Assembly: GCA_035084275.1 (NCBI GenBank)
Contig: CM068756.1
Span: forward strand, 9,052,001-9,116,000
Source: Hydrolagus colliei
Lineage: Eukaryota
DNA: 64,000 bases
Reading direction: 5' to 3'
Position numbers and translations under genes: made by a program. The notes under the pieces were generated by a model. It searched no databases. It was not told the origin of the DNA and saw nothing but the letters and a program-made list of their open reading frames with translations. Shown in pieces: positions 39,640 to 51,223 of this stretch. Position 1 is the stretch's first letter. Each line of letters begins with the position of its first letter.

Positions 39640-41433
39640 GCCTTCTAATCCAGGATAATCCTGGAAGCGAAGGACAACCACCGCCTCCTCTTCGCCACCA
39701 CCAACCAGCTCCTTCCCCCCACCACACCCCCCCGTCTCGCTTTGCAGATCCTCTCTTCAAACGCACGTTGCGAGGAGATGTTGGACTTCCTCGAGTCCAA
39801 AATCGAGAGAATCCGCTCTGCGGTTTCCTCCCCCCACCTCTCCTCCACCTCCACCCCTCCATCCGTTATTCCAACCCCCACCAACCCCCCCTTTCATACT
39901 TTCATCCCCACCTCCCCGTCTTCAGTCACAAAAATAATCACCTCCATGAAATCCACCACATATTCACTGGACCCCATCCCCACCCTCCTCCTCCGCACCC
40001 AGCTCCACCTTCTGGCCCCGCTCATTTCTGACACCATCAACCTTTCCCTCTCCTCAGGCACCGTCCCTACCTCCCTTAAAAGAGCCACCATCACCCCTAT
40101 CCTAAAAAAAACCTCCCTTGATGCATCGCAGCCATCAAGCTACCGACCCATCTCCAACCTCCCATTTTTATCTAAGGTCCTTGAAAGAGTGGTTGCCTCC
40201 CAGCTCCGCTCTTTCTTCTCAACTCACTCACTCCTTGAACCCCTCCAATCAGGTTTCCGCCCTGCTCACAGCACGGAAACTGCCCTGGTTAACGTCACTA
40301 ATGATATCCTAACCGCCTGCGACTAGGGCTCCCTCTGCCTCCTCGTCCTCCTTGACGTGTCTGCTGCGTTCGACACAGTCGATCACACCATCCTCCTCCA
40401 ACGTCTTTCCTCCCAGCTCAACCTTCAAGGCACAGTCCTTGACTGGTTCCATTCCTACCTGACCCACCGCCTACATTTCGTATCTTCCAACGGTTTCTCC
40501 TCAAACCCCCGCACAGTTTCTCACGGCGTCCCCCAGGGCTCTGTCCTCGGCCCCCTCCTTTTCACCATTTACATGCTCCCTCTGGGCGATGTCATCCGCA
40601 AATATGGGGTAAATTTCCACATGTATGCGGACAACACCCAACTGTACCTTTCCGCCTCATCCCTCAACCCCCAGACCATCGATGTTCTGACAGCATGTCG
40701 GTCCGACATCGAGTCTTGGACGAGGGACAACTTCCTCCAATTGAACGTGAGCAAGACCGAGGCCCTCCTGATTGGCTCAAGCCAGCGCCTCCGCACATTA
40801 GGCGCTGCCAGCCTCAACATCCAAGGCTGTACTCTCCACCTCACAAAGCCAGTCAGGAACCTCGGCATCACGTTCGAACATAAACTCTCCTTCCTCCCCC
40901 ACATCCGTGCCTTGACCGGCACCGCTTATTTCCACCTGCGCAACATTGCCAGGCTCCGCAACTATCTCACCCCCCACGCTGCCAAAACACTCGTGCACGC
41001 ATACAGCACCTCACGGCTGGACTATGGAAACTCTCTCCTCGTCGGCCTCCCCAGCTCCTCCATTCACAGGCTGCAGGCCATCCAAAACTCTGCAGCCTGT
41101 GTACTATCCCACACCCACCTCCGCGACCACATAACCCCCACCCTCGCCCATCTCCACTGGCTCCCCATCCTCCAGATGATCGAGTTCAAGATCCTCGTCC
41201 TCACCTTCAAGGCCTTACATGGCCTTGCCCCGCCCTATTTAACCGACTTACTCTCCCCCTATAAGCCCATGTGGACACACCATTCAGCAGGACTTGGCCT
41301 GCTCCAAGCCCCCCACCCGAACCGCCCCACCATCGGAGGCCGGGCCTTCAGTTTCTCCGCTCCCACCCTATGGAATTCCATCCCCCAATCTCTCGCCTTG
41401 TTTCCTCCCTTTCCTCTTTCAAGGCCGGTTTGA
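39640..41433 (+). pseudogene. L2 ORF2 reverse transcriptase pseudogene
   Basis: One continuous frame (joining ORFs 39742-40326 and 40357-41433) with in-frame stops TAA 39646-39648 and TAG 40324-40326. Catalytic YADD reads YADN. A 1-nt deletion near 41394 relative to the copy at 50770-50790 shifts the C-terminus. Confidence 0.9.
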
Positions 41434-44177
41434 AGACTTTTCTCTTCGACCGTGCCTTTTGTTCCCCCAGAACTTTTCAATCTCCCCTACGTGTTTCACC
41501 CCTTCCCGAACACTCCCATCCCAGCTCGGGTCACACGCCTCTTGTGCAGCACCTTGGGATATCCTCCCAACATGAAAGGCGCTTTATAAGTTTCAATTGT
41601 TGTTGTTGTTGTTGGTAAGAAGGTGCTGCTTGCGAACAGGTGAAGTGTTCATTGTGGAAACTTGGAAAATGTGAGCCATCTGATTTTTGACATTTTTAAA
41701 TCAGTTCATTCCCAAGAGAAGGTTTTCTTTATGGGTTTACATGCCACCAACTTGTCAACTGCTCATATGGTTTGGCTTCCCCCCTTGCAGATGCTGAGAA
41801 CGCAGAAAAGTAGAGTTTGTTTATGTACAATCTGAAGTGCAGTATCTCCCATAGTGCGGAGGGAAGTGGAACCAAAAATATTGATGTCTGCTCATGTTCA
41901 AGAACACAGGTGAAGGTTGGTATACCCAAAGCATAAGTCAGTCCCCATGAGGTCAAATTCAAGTGTTCAGACTGACATTTTTCTTTCAAGTGGCTGCTGG
42001 AGGCTATGTTTCATTTTATATAAGTGTAAATGGCAATGCACCTCAGCCATGCCTGCTTTGAATGTAATGTCAGGTGTTAGTTGGGATGTGAAATCGATCC
42101 TCTCACCTTTTGGTTCAATCTACTTTGCAGTGTATTTCTCACCATTATTATAAGCGGTGTGGTTCACCCTTGGGATAGCACCCAACAAATATCACAGTAT
42201 AGTCTTGCTTTTTTTCTCTATCATCCAATCAAAATGTCCTGGCAAACATAGTCATGACACCAAGTATTTTCAAGGCAATGTATCTTTTGAAAATGTCTGA
42301 TATCAGAGCCTCTCAGGGGGAGTATAGATGAAGGGCCAAGAAAGTGCCCTGTAATCTACCACCAAAACATGCCTTAACCCCAGAGTGCCTAAAACATCTT
42401 TCTGGTTCACACATAAGCAATTGTTGCCAATTTAATGGCATACTTGCTGAAGAATGAGCTGTTTAGCACTGTGTAGCTTTGCTCAGTAGGAACGGTATAT
42501 ACTCCCACAAACTCCTGGCACGTAATACTCTGTAGGTGTCAGAGAGACTTTCATCTCATTAGTCTTGGCTGGACCTAAACCAAGATCCCAGAAGTTAAAT
42601 TAGATTGTGCTGAAACAAGGTTCAATGAGTCTCATAATTCTGCACCTTCACTTGAGCACTTCTCCCATCACCAGTACCCATAAGATGTCCACCTTCAGTC
42701 TAAGTTACCTGCTTTTCTCACAAATAGTGTTTCTTTAAAAAAATTGCTCATTCACTTCATAGTTGTTTGTGAGACATTGCTATATATGAATTAACTGATT
42801 TGCTAATCCTGTGAAGTGCTTTGAGACATCCTCTTTATATAAATGGTGCTATATTTAAAATGTAAGAATTATTATTATCTCATAGTATGATATAATCATC
42901 AAGCCCATAAGTACACTATTTATAGATGGTAAAGATTTGAATGTTCAATGCACCTTTGTCTCTTTACCTCTGAGTTTTGAACATATCCATCCAATTGATA
43001 TATTTCATAACCATGTGTACTTTGTATATATCTCCTATTTACTTCTGGGATCAGTTGGGATGTTTGTACCATCCTTTTGGGTCACATCAATTGCTGTAAT
43101 ACCGATTCCAACTAGTACAGAAGGTAATTGTCATTGCATTTCAGCAATATTATAAAGATCATCAGGCAATGGAAAGTGACCTATGTAAAGCTCATAAACC
43201 TTACTGTTTTAAATACTCAATAGGAGCAAAAATACTTTCAGCATGTGTAGTTTGTTGATCTCTATGAATTTATGAACAAAAAATGCTGTCTCTTTTAATT
43301 CACATTAACTAAAAGTGAGTAACTTAGTGAATTTGTCTCTCAGAGTAGAACTTATTTGTTGACCCTGAATGTTTTGGGCTTGTTCCACAGCCTTGGCCAC
43401 ACATTAGGGACCAGGAGAATTCTTGTGCGAATGTCAAGTTCATTGGAGATTCTGGAGGTGGTTTGCGCTTCATTGATTGGTGAGTGTTTGACTTGGATAT
43501 CAGACTGTTGTTTGCAGCAGAATAGATTCATTCAGTATTGTGCTAAGTGCGGTATGTTAAGTGTCAGAACTTAATGCCACATTGGCCAGGAGAGACTCTA
43601 TGACATTTAAGTAAACTTAAACAATAGATTTTCTTGCATTAGTATTCTATGCGGAAGAAAAATTAGCACACAGATCTCAGAGATCTGCTGGGGAATAAAG
43701 TGTTAATGTGACAAAAGGCTAAAGATATCATCTTTGTTGCTGAGGTGACAGAGTTGGAACAAATGATGTAAAGGATCTCAATCTGCAGAAATGTATTGGA
43801 ATATGTTGTGACAAACCAAACCACATGCAGTACAGTGTACATTGTTCTTAGGATTAACATCAGCTTTTAATGAATTTTGTGCAAGAATAACCAGGAGTAG
43901 TGTTTCTTTTGTTATCTATTTTATTGAAGCGCTCCAGGACGCTACCCTCCCTGAAGGGCACTATATGAACGCAGGTTGTTGTTATTCTGATTGTATTATA
44001 GCCCACCAACTATCATGCGTCCACCTTCTAGCTGGTTTCTCCTTGTTCCTCCTTCAAGGCCTCCTTCCTTCCATGCCTCTTCCACAGTGCTACCAACATC
44101 AAGAACAATAGAAAATATAGCACCAAGAGGCGTGGACCTTCCATACAGAATTCTGGTATGACCAGTAATAAAATTAA

Positions 44178-44500
44178 TACTTACATTTGATATAGCACGT
44201 TTCACATCTTATAGCACTTCGCAAGATATACTGTGAAGTGCAGTGGTTATGTTTTGTAGGCGAATGAGGCAGCCGATTTGTGCACAACAACAACCTACAA
44301 ACAGCCCTGAAGTGAGTAACCAATCTTATTGGGGAGATTGTTGACCAGGACAACAGAAGAAACTGCCTTCTGCTTTCTAATAGTGCCTTGGAATCTTTAA
44401 CAACAACCTGACGGGACCTTGGCTTAATGTCTCATCCGAGGATGGCACCTTCAAAAATGTAGCATAATTCCCAGAACTGGATTGGCTTGTCAGCCTAGAT
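44178..44500 (-). mobile_element. Deu-domain SINE
   Basis: aatagtgccttggaatctttaa...ttaatgtctcatccgaggatggcacc...gtcagcctagat is the reverse complement of the Deu core. The tail catttgatatagc is at the left end. Confidence 0.75.
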
Positions 44501-45324
44501 TTAAGGTCATTGTCAATGCAGCTGCTGATTGTTTCAACTGCACATGGAACTTTACTCCTTCAAGTTCCTCTAGTCATCAGTAGCGATACCATGTCAAGGT
44601 GTAAGCAATCTTTAAAAGAATATGTTGATGTGTCATGTTGACAGCTCAGCAAAGCGTCTCGTGAAAGAATAATCTTAATCTGTAGGCATTTTAAGAGTTA
44701 TCCATTTGCTGTTAACAGCAAGTGCTTTTACCTACAAATCAAGCTGTTATTTATCAGGTAATACATAACCTTGTCTACACACAATTGCTGATGCCCGTTA
44801 TCTCTGCTGTACTGTTGGAATGGTCATTTTTCATGTATGCCATGAGAAATACTACAAGCATTTACCAATTTAAATAGGCCACGTTACAGAATATTGCATG
44901 ATAATGGCACTTCAAATGCCTGATATCAAAGCGTACATTCCGTTACCCTGAAATATATCCTTTTTGAGAGAATTATTTTCTATGCTGATGTTGAAAGGGG
45001 CATCTAAAAAATGATTTAAAGAACTATCCATTTCAATAAACAAACTCCCTGACAACGGTCTGAACCATCTTGTGACATCTTATGACTACGTTTCCTGAAC
45101 AGGACATCACTGCAACCTTTTTGCAATGTATTCTAGTCAGAGTGACATTGAAATTAGGTGTTATACTATCCTATCCTCCTTGGCGGTGGGATGGAGGGTG
45201 TAAGGTAAGCAGAATATCAGGGAAGGTGTAAGGTAAGCAGAATATCCTTGGAGCTGAATTGGCTAAACCCTGCAAGCCAAAGCTGTCACGATTAGGGTGG
45301 TCCAAGCAGGAAAAGCAGATCAAT

Positions 45325-45700
45325 GTTTGCCACTGTGGAACTCCATCCCGCAGCCCCTCTACCTCGCCTACTCCCTTTCCTCCCTTTCCTCCTTCAAGGC
45401 CGGTCTCAAGACCTTCCTCTTCGACCGTGCCTTCGGCTGCCCCAGTAACTCTTCCCCCTCTCCCACTCTCTTTCCCCTTCCCCCTACTTGTTGTATAAAG
45501 GGATTAAGAGATATAACAACAACAACTTTGATTTGTATAGTGCCCTCCACGCCGGACGGCGTCTCAGAGCGCTTAATGGGGGATAGGGCGGGTTAGTGGA
45601 GTTAGGATAGAAGATCAGCCATGATTTTATTAAATGGCGGGCCAGTCCCAAGGGGCTGACTAGCCCACTCCTGCTCCTACTTCTTATGTTCTTATGTTCA
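45325..45700. mobile_element. L2 3' fragment (+, 45325-45490), L2 tail (-, 45516-45573) and CR1 3' end (+, 45574-45700)
   Basis: LWNSIPQ..SSFKAGLKTFLFDRAF; (aac)n-tttgatttgtatagtgcc; gatcagccatgat...cactcctgctcctacttcttatgttcttatgtt (CR1 tail repeat). Confidence 0.8.
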
Positions 45701-47299
45701 TATAGTATATTCCACTTGAGTTCTCTGCACTTCTTTGGCAGAATAACAAATTCATGTTGCACCCCCACACCCCAACAAAAAGCAATTGGCCTTGTTTGAT
45801 TTACCGTAAATATAACTTTAAAGACAAGATACTGAAACTGAAATGTCACTGTGAACTTTAAATTATTACTTTTATCAAATATATTTTGGCAGCATAATTT
45901 AAATGTTTAAAAATTTATTTTGATCCAATTTGCTTTGAACATCATTGAGTATTGAACGCAACAAGTTTTAATAGTGCCTGACTTTCTAATTTAAGAATCC
46001 CATCCCTGTTAAATGGATATTTAATATGGATATTTAATAGATCCCAAAGTGTATTCAATGTTATTACCAAGAGAAATTATATTAAACAACGCAAGTTGAA
46101 TTTTTTCTCTGAAATAAAAATTCCATAGCTAATCTGTGTTGTAGCAGATCACCTCCAGCCTATTTCACACAGCATGAATGCATTATGAAAAATGATCTCT
46201 GTGGCATCATCTATGCTTTACTAGAGCATAACAAAGCCTAGATACAATAAGGACTATCAGGTGTACTGTATTAGTATTCAAGATTCATTTTATTAAACAT
46301 ACACCAAGAACCCAAGAGAAAAACTGTTTATACATCTCATAACACCCGCAATTTATTTGTTTTTTTTAATTCAAACATTAAATCCCACGAATTTATAGCA
46401 ATACAAGAGTTTTTTTTTCAACTTGCTCTGGGAAGGAAGATTTAAAACTCATTGGGCAGATGTGTTCATGGTTGTCAAAAATGTTCTTCTGTGGATTACA
46501 CCATGACATAATCACTTTCATCAGACATATGTGTTTGAGAAGGGTTATCCAAAGTCAGTCTCAAATCTACATATTTTTCAGGTCACGAAACTCAGTGTAA
46601 TCTCTTTGGAGATGTTAGAATTCTAATGAAGCATTAAATACTCTTGTATTGCTTATTACTTTTGTCTTTGAGAGAAAACAAATCTCCAGGTTTAGTTGAG
46701 TGTGTTGTATGTACAGTATTATGACAATAGAAGAGGATTAATGGAAGAATGTTAATCCTTTTTTTCCAACCCATTGAGAACACTCCCTGCCTATTCGGCT
46801 CTCATTGTTTAGTTGTTTTTTGTCTATTCATTAAAACCGAATTGGCAACTTCAAGAGCCTATTTAATACTCGAGCAATATTTTAATCCTTTTTTTTAATT
46901 CTGGAAATGAGAAGCTAACAGATATTTGTCTCAGAACATATCATCTTTGTACAACACTCTTTGTTTTCAGTAACCAATGAAATTGTTACACTGGCTCAAA
47001 CCATTTAAATTGCTTGCAGTTCATGTGCAAAAGATGTGATGTCTTCAGTTCTAGAAACATAAGTTGAATAGCTACTTTCAGTTACAATTCATCTCTGTAC
47101 ATTCTGCGAATTGACTGCTGTTTGATTTTTGGGCTATTTGATTATTATACTTAGCTTTCTGTTTTTTGTCACCAATATTTTTCCTCTTCTCCGCTGAAGA
47201 ATGGGTCAATGCCTCCACAGCTACCAGCAATCCCACAGTGTTTGCTCCAGTGACCGCACTACACATGAAAGCTAAAACAGCGAGCGATGACAGACTACA

Positions 47300-47510
47300 T
47301 GACCATCAGGTAATGCAACCTGACCCCTACACGCGATGGGCAACTGGATGAAGATCAGGACCAGCTGATATGTGTCCTCTTCCCTAACCTGGGAGGGGCT
47401 ATGAGGTTTGTGGTCATATCTCATCTTTGCCTGACTGAGGTCAGCTAACCTAGCAGACAAGTGGTCAAACCTGGGACCCTCAGGGTCTGCATGACTCAGT
47501 AACCTACCAC
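47300..47510 (-). mobile_element. SINE family B head/body
   Basis: gactgaggtcagctaacctagcagac...caaacctgggaccctcagggtctgcatgactcag is the reverse complement of the head at 14560-14640. Confidence 0.55.
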
Positions 47511-47526
47511 GTAGAGTAGACGAGAT

Positions 47527-47599
47527 CCCTCACCCCGCCCTCCCCCCCCCACATCCCCTCCCCCCTCCCCCCCACACCCCCCCCCCCCCCCCACCCCCC
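47527..47599. repeat. C-rich low-complexity tract (G4-capable on minus strand)
   Basis: Multiple C runs, the longest about 14 nt. Confidence 0.85.
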
Positions 47600-48829
47600 G
47601 TACTGTATGCTGATATTTTTTTAATTCCCTCTTTGGAATCCGCATCTGCTCCCGAAAGACCGCAGTTTGTTGTATGCTGCCAGATCGCTGTTATCCAGCT
47701 ACTAACTCAACTGTTAACGGACCATTAGAGTTAGAGTTTCCGCCAGCATTAACTTAACAACATGAGGTATTCAGTAAATGTGAATAAAATGGTGAGTAGT
47801 CGTCTGACATGACAATGTGAGGAGTCGCACGCAGTGTGTGCACGAGTTACATAACACTCAACAGAGCAACACATTTGCAGCTGCCCATGTGGGAATAATT
47901 AGAATCGACTGCAAATCTTCATATTATGATTTACAAAAGTGTACAGCTAAATCCCTGATCAAGTAGAATCTAAAGCGCGGTATCGTTCATTTGTGACTCG
48001 TGCTGGTAATGAACAGTGGTGCATCCTGACGTGGCATGGTGTCAGGAATCAATATGACCCACATCTGGTTGCTGACACACTGGTTGCTATTTGCTATATA
48101 TCTAAAAGTATCAACTTTCCCTCTTCCTCCCTCCCCACCAGCCGTCAAATTGCGTCCAAAACATCTGTCAAATTCCCATTGAAATAATAGAAATGATTGA
48201 CATTTATAGATGGAAAAGAGTTAAGGATGAGCAATAAGTTCAGGTTTGATTTGCTTGTTTAAGGATTGATGCCTTTGATGTGGATTATTTATTCATTCAT
48301 GCTTTCATGCTTGTCAAGGTAACCAGCGACACTACACGATATGGAACACTTTCCTCTTCGTCCAAAGGCTCCAAGGTCTGAATTAACCCAGCTCAGATGT
48401 TTGACAATAAAGCACCTATGTCTGCGCCACACTCTTGTCATGTCCACTGAAAACTAGTTGTTGCAGCCTAATGTAGCAGCCCTGATAGCAGTGAGCAATG
48501 GAACCCCCCATTCCACCCACACGTACTTAAATACACCATTAAACTGACCGTATTTGCTGGGAACAAAGTTTCACTTTCCCCCTCTCCCTTCTCACCCTCC
48601 TACTCTATCATTGAAGTGCTACAAGACGTTATCCTATATGAAGAACACTACATCAATGCAAATCATTGTAAGAGGGTTATAAAAATGAATATGAGATCAG
48701 GGACACTGCAAAGGATTTCTGTTTTGAAAGAACAAGATAATTGTGAAGCAGTTGCTTATTTATATTGTGTTCCGTATATTGGTCTACATGTGGTGTTAAA
48801 ATGCTTGCTGTGTTGTTTTCCCCTTATCT

Positions 48830-49095
48830 CTTTCCTGTGGTCCAGTTTCACTCACTCAAGTGGCCATTCTTTATGTGTGAGCCTCGGCAGGGAGTCTGCC
48901 TGTGCCTGTTGCCTCACGGCCACACAAGAATAGGGGTCATTGGATGCGATCAGGATCAAGGATTTGTCTAATATTCTATTCCCAATTCCAAGGGTGACAA
49001 ACAGGCTAACTACAGTACTGCCCTGCTTGAGATGAGTCTAGTCAGCATAGACTAGGAATCAAATTTGGGGCCTTGCTTCTATTTGGCTGAAAATG
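48830..49095 (-). mobile_element. SINE family B, degraded near-complete copy
   Basis: caagtggccattctttatgtgtgagcc...ggggtcattggatgcgatcagga...ttgagatgagtctagtcagcatagactaggaatcaaat. Confidence 0.55.
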
Positions 49096-49917
49096 ACATG
49101 CCTTTACCTCTGGGCCATATATATATATTGTTTCCCTTGAGATGTACCAGACTTTCCTGTTTCCATTTACAATCTATAATCATATAGAGATCATCACAAT
49201 CATTATTCCTTAACAGAAAATACAAAGCAACTCATATATTTCCCCAGGATTAAAACAAGTAGCCAGAAGTTCCTTAAGTCCGAAGCGTTCAGTGCCCTAC
49301 TTCCACTTAATCTCTGTTTTCTATCATTTCAAACAAACCCTTGTGTTGTTGTAACCTCTCGCCAACCCTAATTTCAAGCTACATTTACATTGGATTAGTG
49401 ATTTTTACAAGTTGCCGGCACAGAACGTCTTATTGAATGACCCTGACTGCAATGCAGGACGAGACAGAGGATTCCAACAGCCAGTGCAAAGAAAAGATTT
49501 GGTCTAATTTAGCCGTCTGTTCCTTGATTATGAAGGGATGGCGTGACCAGCGTTGCTTAGATTCTGCATCTTCCTGTTGCAAGTCATTTAATTAGAAAGT
49601 GCTTGTCACTGCTCAGGTTGCACCCCTCAAACCCTCATACTCACTTTTTTTTATGTTTAAGCAGCTGAGATAGCAGGAAAACATTCCCCTCAACACAGCC
49701 TAATGATTTGTTATTTTATGGGTGCAATATGAAAGGTGTGTGATACAAGTTGGATAGCAGCACATACATATGTTACAAGGTCAACTACTGTACTGGGCTT
49801 GCCACATTCATACTGTGCTGGCCATCGCTCAGCTCCCACGACCTAATGTTGCCATGATGATGAAGCGTGACAGAGCTGGGGTATACAGTGGGAGGTGTGT
49901 GTATATGTGTGTGTGTC

Positions 49918-49976
49918 GGGGGGGGGGGGGGGGGGGGGGGGGGGCGGTGGGGGAGGGGGGCTGCTGGGGTGGGGGA
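49918..49976 (+). repeat. Poly-G / G-rich tract (G4-capable)
   Basis: About 27 consecutive G followed by further G runs. Confidence 0.85.
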
Positions 49977-50660
49977 TGGATTGGTTAGTGCAAATGCCTC
50001 CTAGTTAGTATGAAAGTTGTGCTTCAGAGCCCCAGTCAGTGTACCATACCACTGTAATCTGTTTCACATCTGTGTCTAGCATTAGAAAGGGAGAGAGGTG
50101 AAGTGGATCAAACTGCAGGAAGGGCAATGGTAAAGGAGCTAAAGAGATTTTCTTAACTCTGCACAGCAACACCTGTTCAACCCTGACAGATTGCTACATG
50201 GGGAGCCACTCAAGATTAAATCAAGTGCATGGGATATTCTGCATCAAAATACTGTACAGTGGATTCCTGTTGAGCCTGTAACTGATTTTCCACAATGTTT
50301 TTACACTTAGCGGGAATATACACTTAGGAAGAGTCAGTGGAAAGTACATTGTAGGATAGGGCAAAAATATACTTGAATATGTGTGTAAAAAAGCTGTCAT
50401 ATTGGCTGGCACGATATTTAGACTGGATAGACTGAAGCAGAAAGAAAAACAATCAACAGGTTAATGTTTGCAAAGGGGAGAAGGAATGTAAAACTACTGT
50501 ATACAAAAAAGCCCTTATTATAACACACTTAACTCGACTACTGTACTGGGTTGCCACATTCATACTGTCCTGCTGGCCAGATGTTCCACAAAATACTGTA
50601 CAACTGGATTTTTTCTGCCATCTTTTAGTTTTGTGTCAAACAGCATTTATGCACACATAT

Positions 50661-50985
50661 ACACCCATTCAGCAGGAATTGGCCTGCTCCAAGCCCCCCG
50701 CCCGAATTGCCCCACCATCGGAGGCCGGGCCTTCAGTTTCTCTGCTCCCACCCTGTGGAATTCCATCCCCCAATCCCTCCGCCTTGTTTCTTCCCTTTCC
50801 TCTTTCAAGGCCGGTCTGAAGACTTTCCTTTTCGACCGTGTCTTTTGTTCCCCCCCGAATTTTTCGACCTCCTCTTCATGTTTCACCCCTTCCCGAACAC
50901 TCAGCTCGGGTCATATGCCTCCTGTGCAGCGCCTTGGGACATCCTCCCGACGTGAAAGGCGCTTTATAAGTTTAAGTTGTTGTTG
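50661..50985 (+). mobile_element. L2 3' fragment, same subfamily as 39250-41613
   Basis: Near-identical by eye to 41277-41610. Confidence 0.92.
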
Positions 50986-51195
50986 CAGGTTTGATCTCCG
51001 GCCTCCACTGAGTTAGCAAGGCCAATTGGGAATCATTGCTTCATTTCATGACCTTACACTGAGGAGGTGCAAAATCAGTCTTGAGTTTCTGATCACTATC
51101 CCTGCTGGACCTGTGCAAGTGCAGCTGTCAGGTAAGGACAAAATTGAGCTTGGCTGTCACACATTCCACCCTCAAATAATTCATTGACACGCTCA
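50986..51195 (+). mobile_element. SINE family B body
   Basis: caggtttgatctccggcctccactgagttagc...ctgatcactatcc...tcaggtaaggacaaaattgagcttggctgt. Confidence 0.5.
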
Positions 51196-51198
51196 TAA

Positions 51199-51223
51199 CA
51201 CACACACACACACACACACACAC
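51199..51223. repeat. (CA)n microsatellite; others at 5185-5225 (CA), 51857-51877 (TA), 53130-53160 (TA) and 53980-54020 (GT)
   Basis: Seen directly in the sequence. Confidence 0.9.

Larger units (their letters stand above)
39250..41613 (+). mobile_element. 5'-truncated L2-clade LINE (ORF2 linker, RT and 3'UTR) ending in a (TTG)n tail
   Basis: Peptides YTTHLRSLK..RAAE..W.KSGL, SYRPISNLPFLSKVLERVV, LQSGFRPAHSTETAL, SAAFDTVDH, GVPQGSVLGPLLF, LHWLPI and GGRAFS..APTLWNSIP. C-rich composition. Tail gaaaggcgctttataagtttcaa(ttg)n. Confidence 0.95.

Noticed and set aside
39299-41618. Many overlapping ORFs on both strands
   Set aside because: They are alternative frames of the C-rich L2 sequence, not separate genes.
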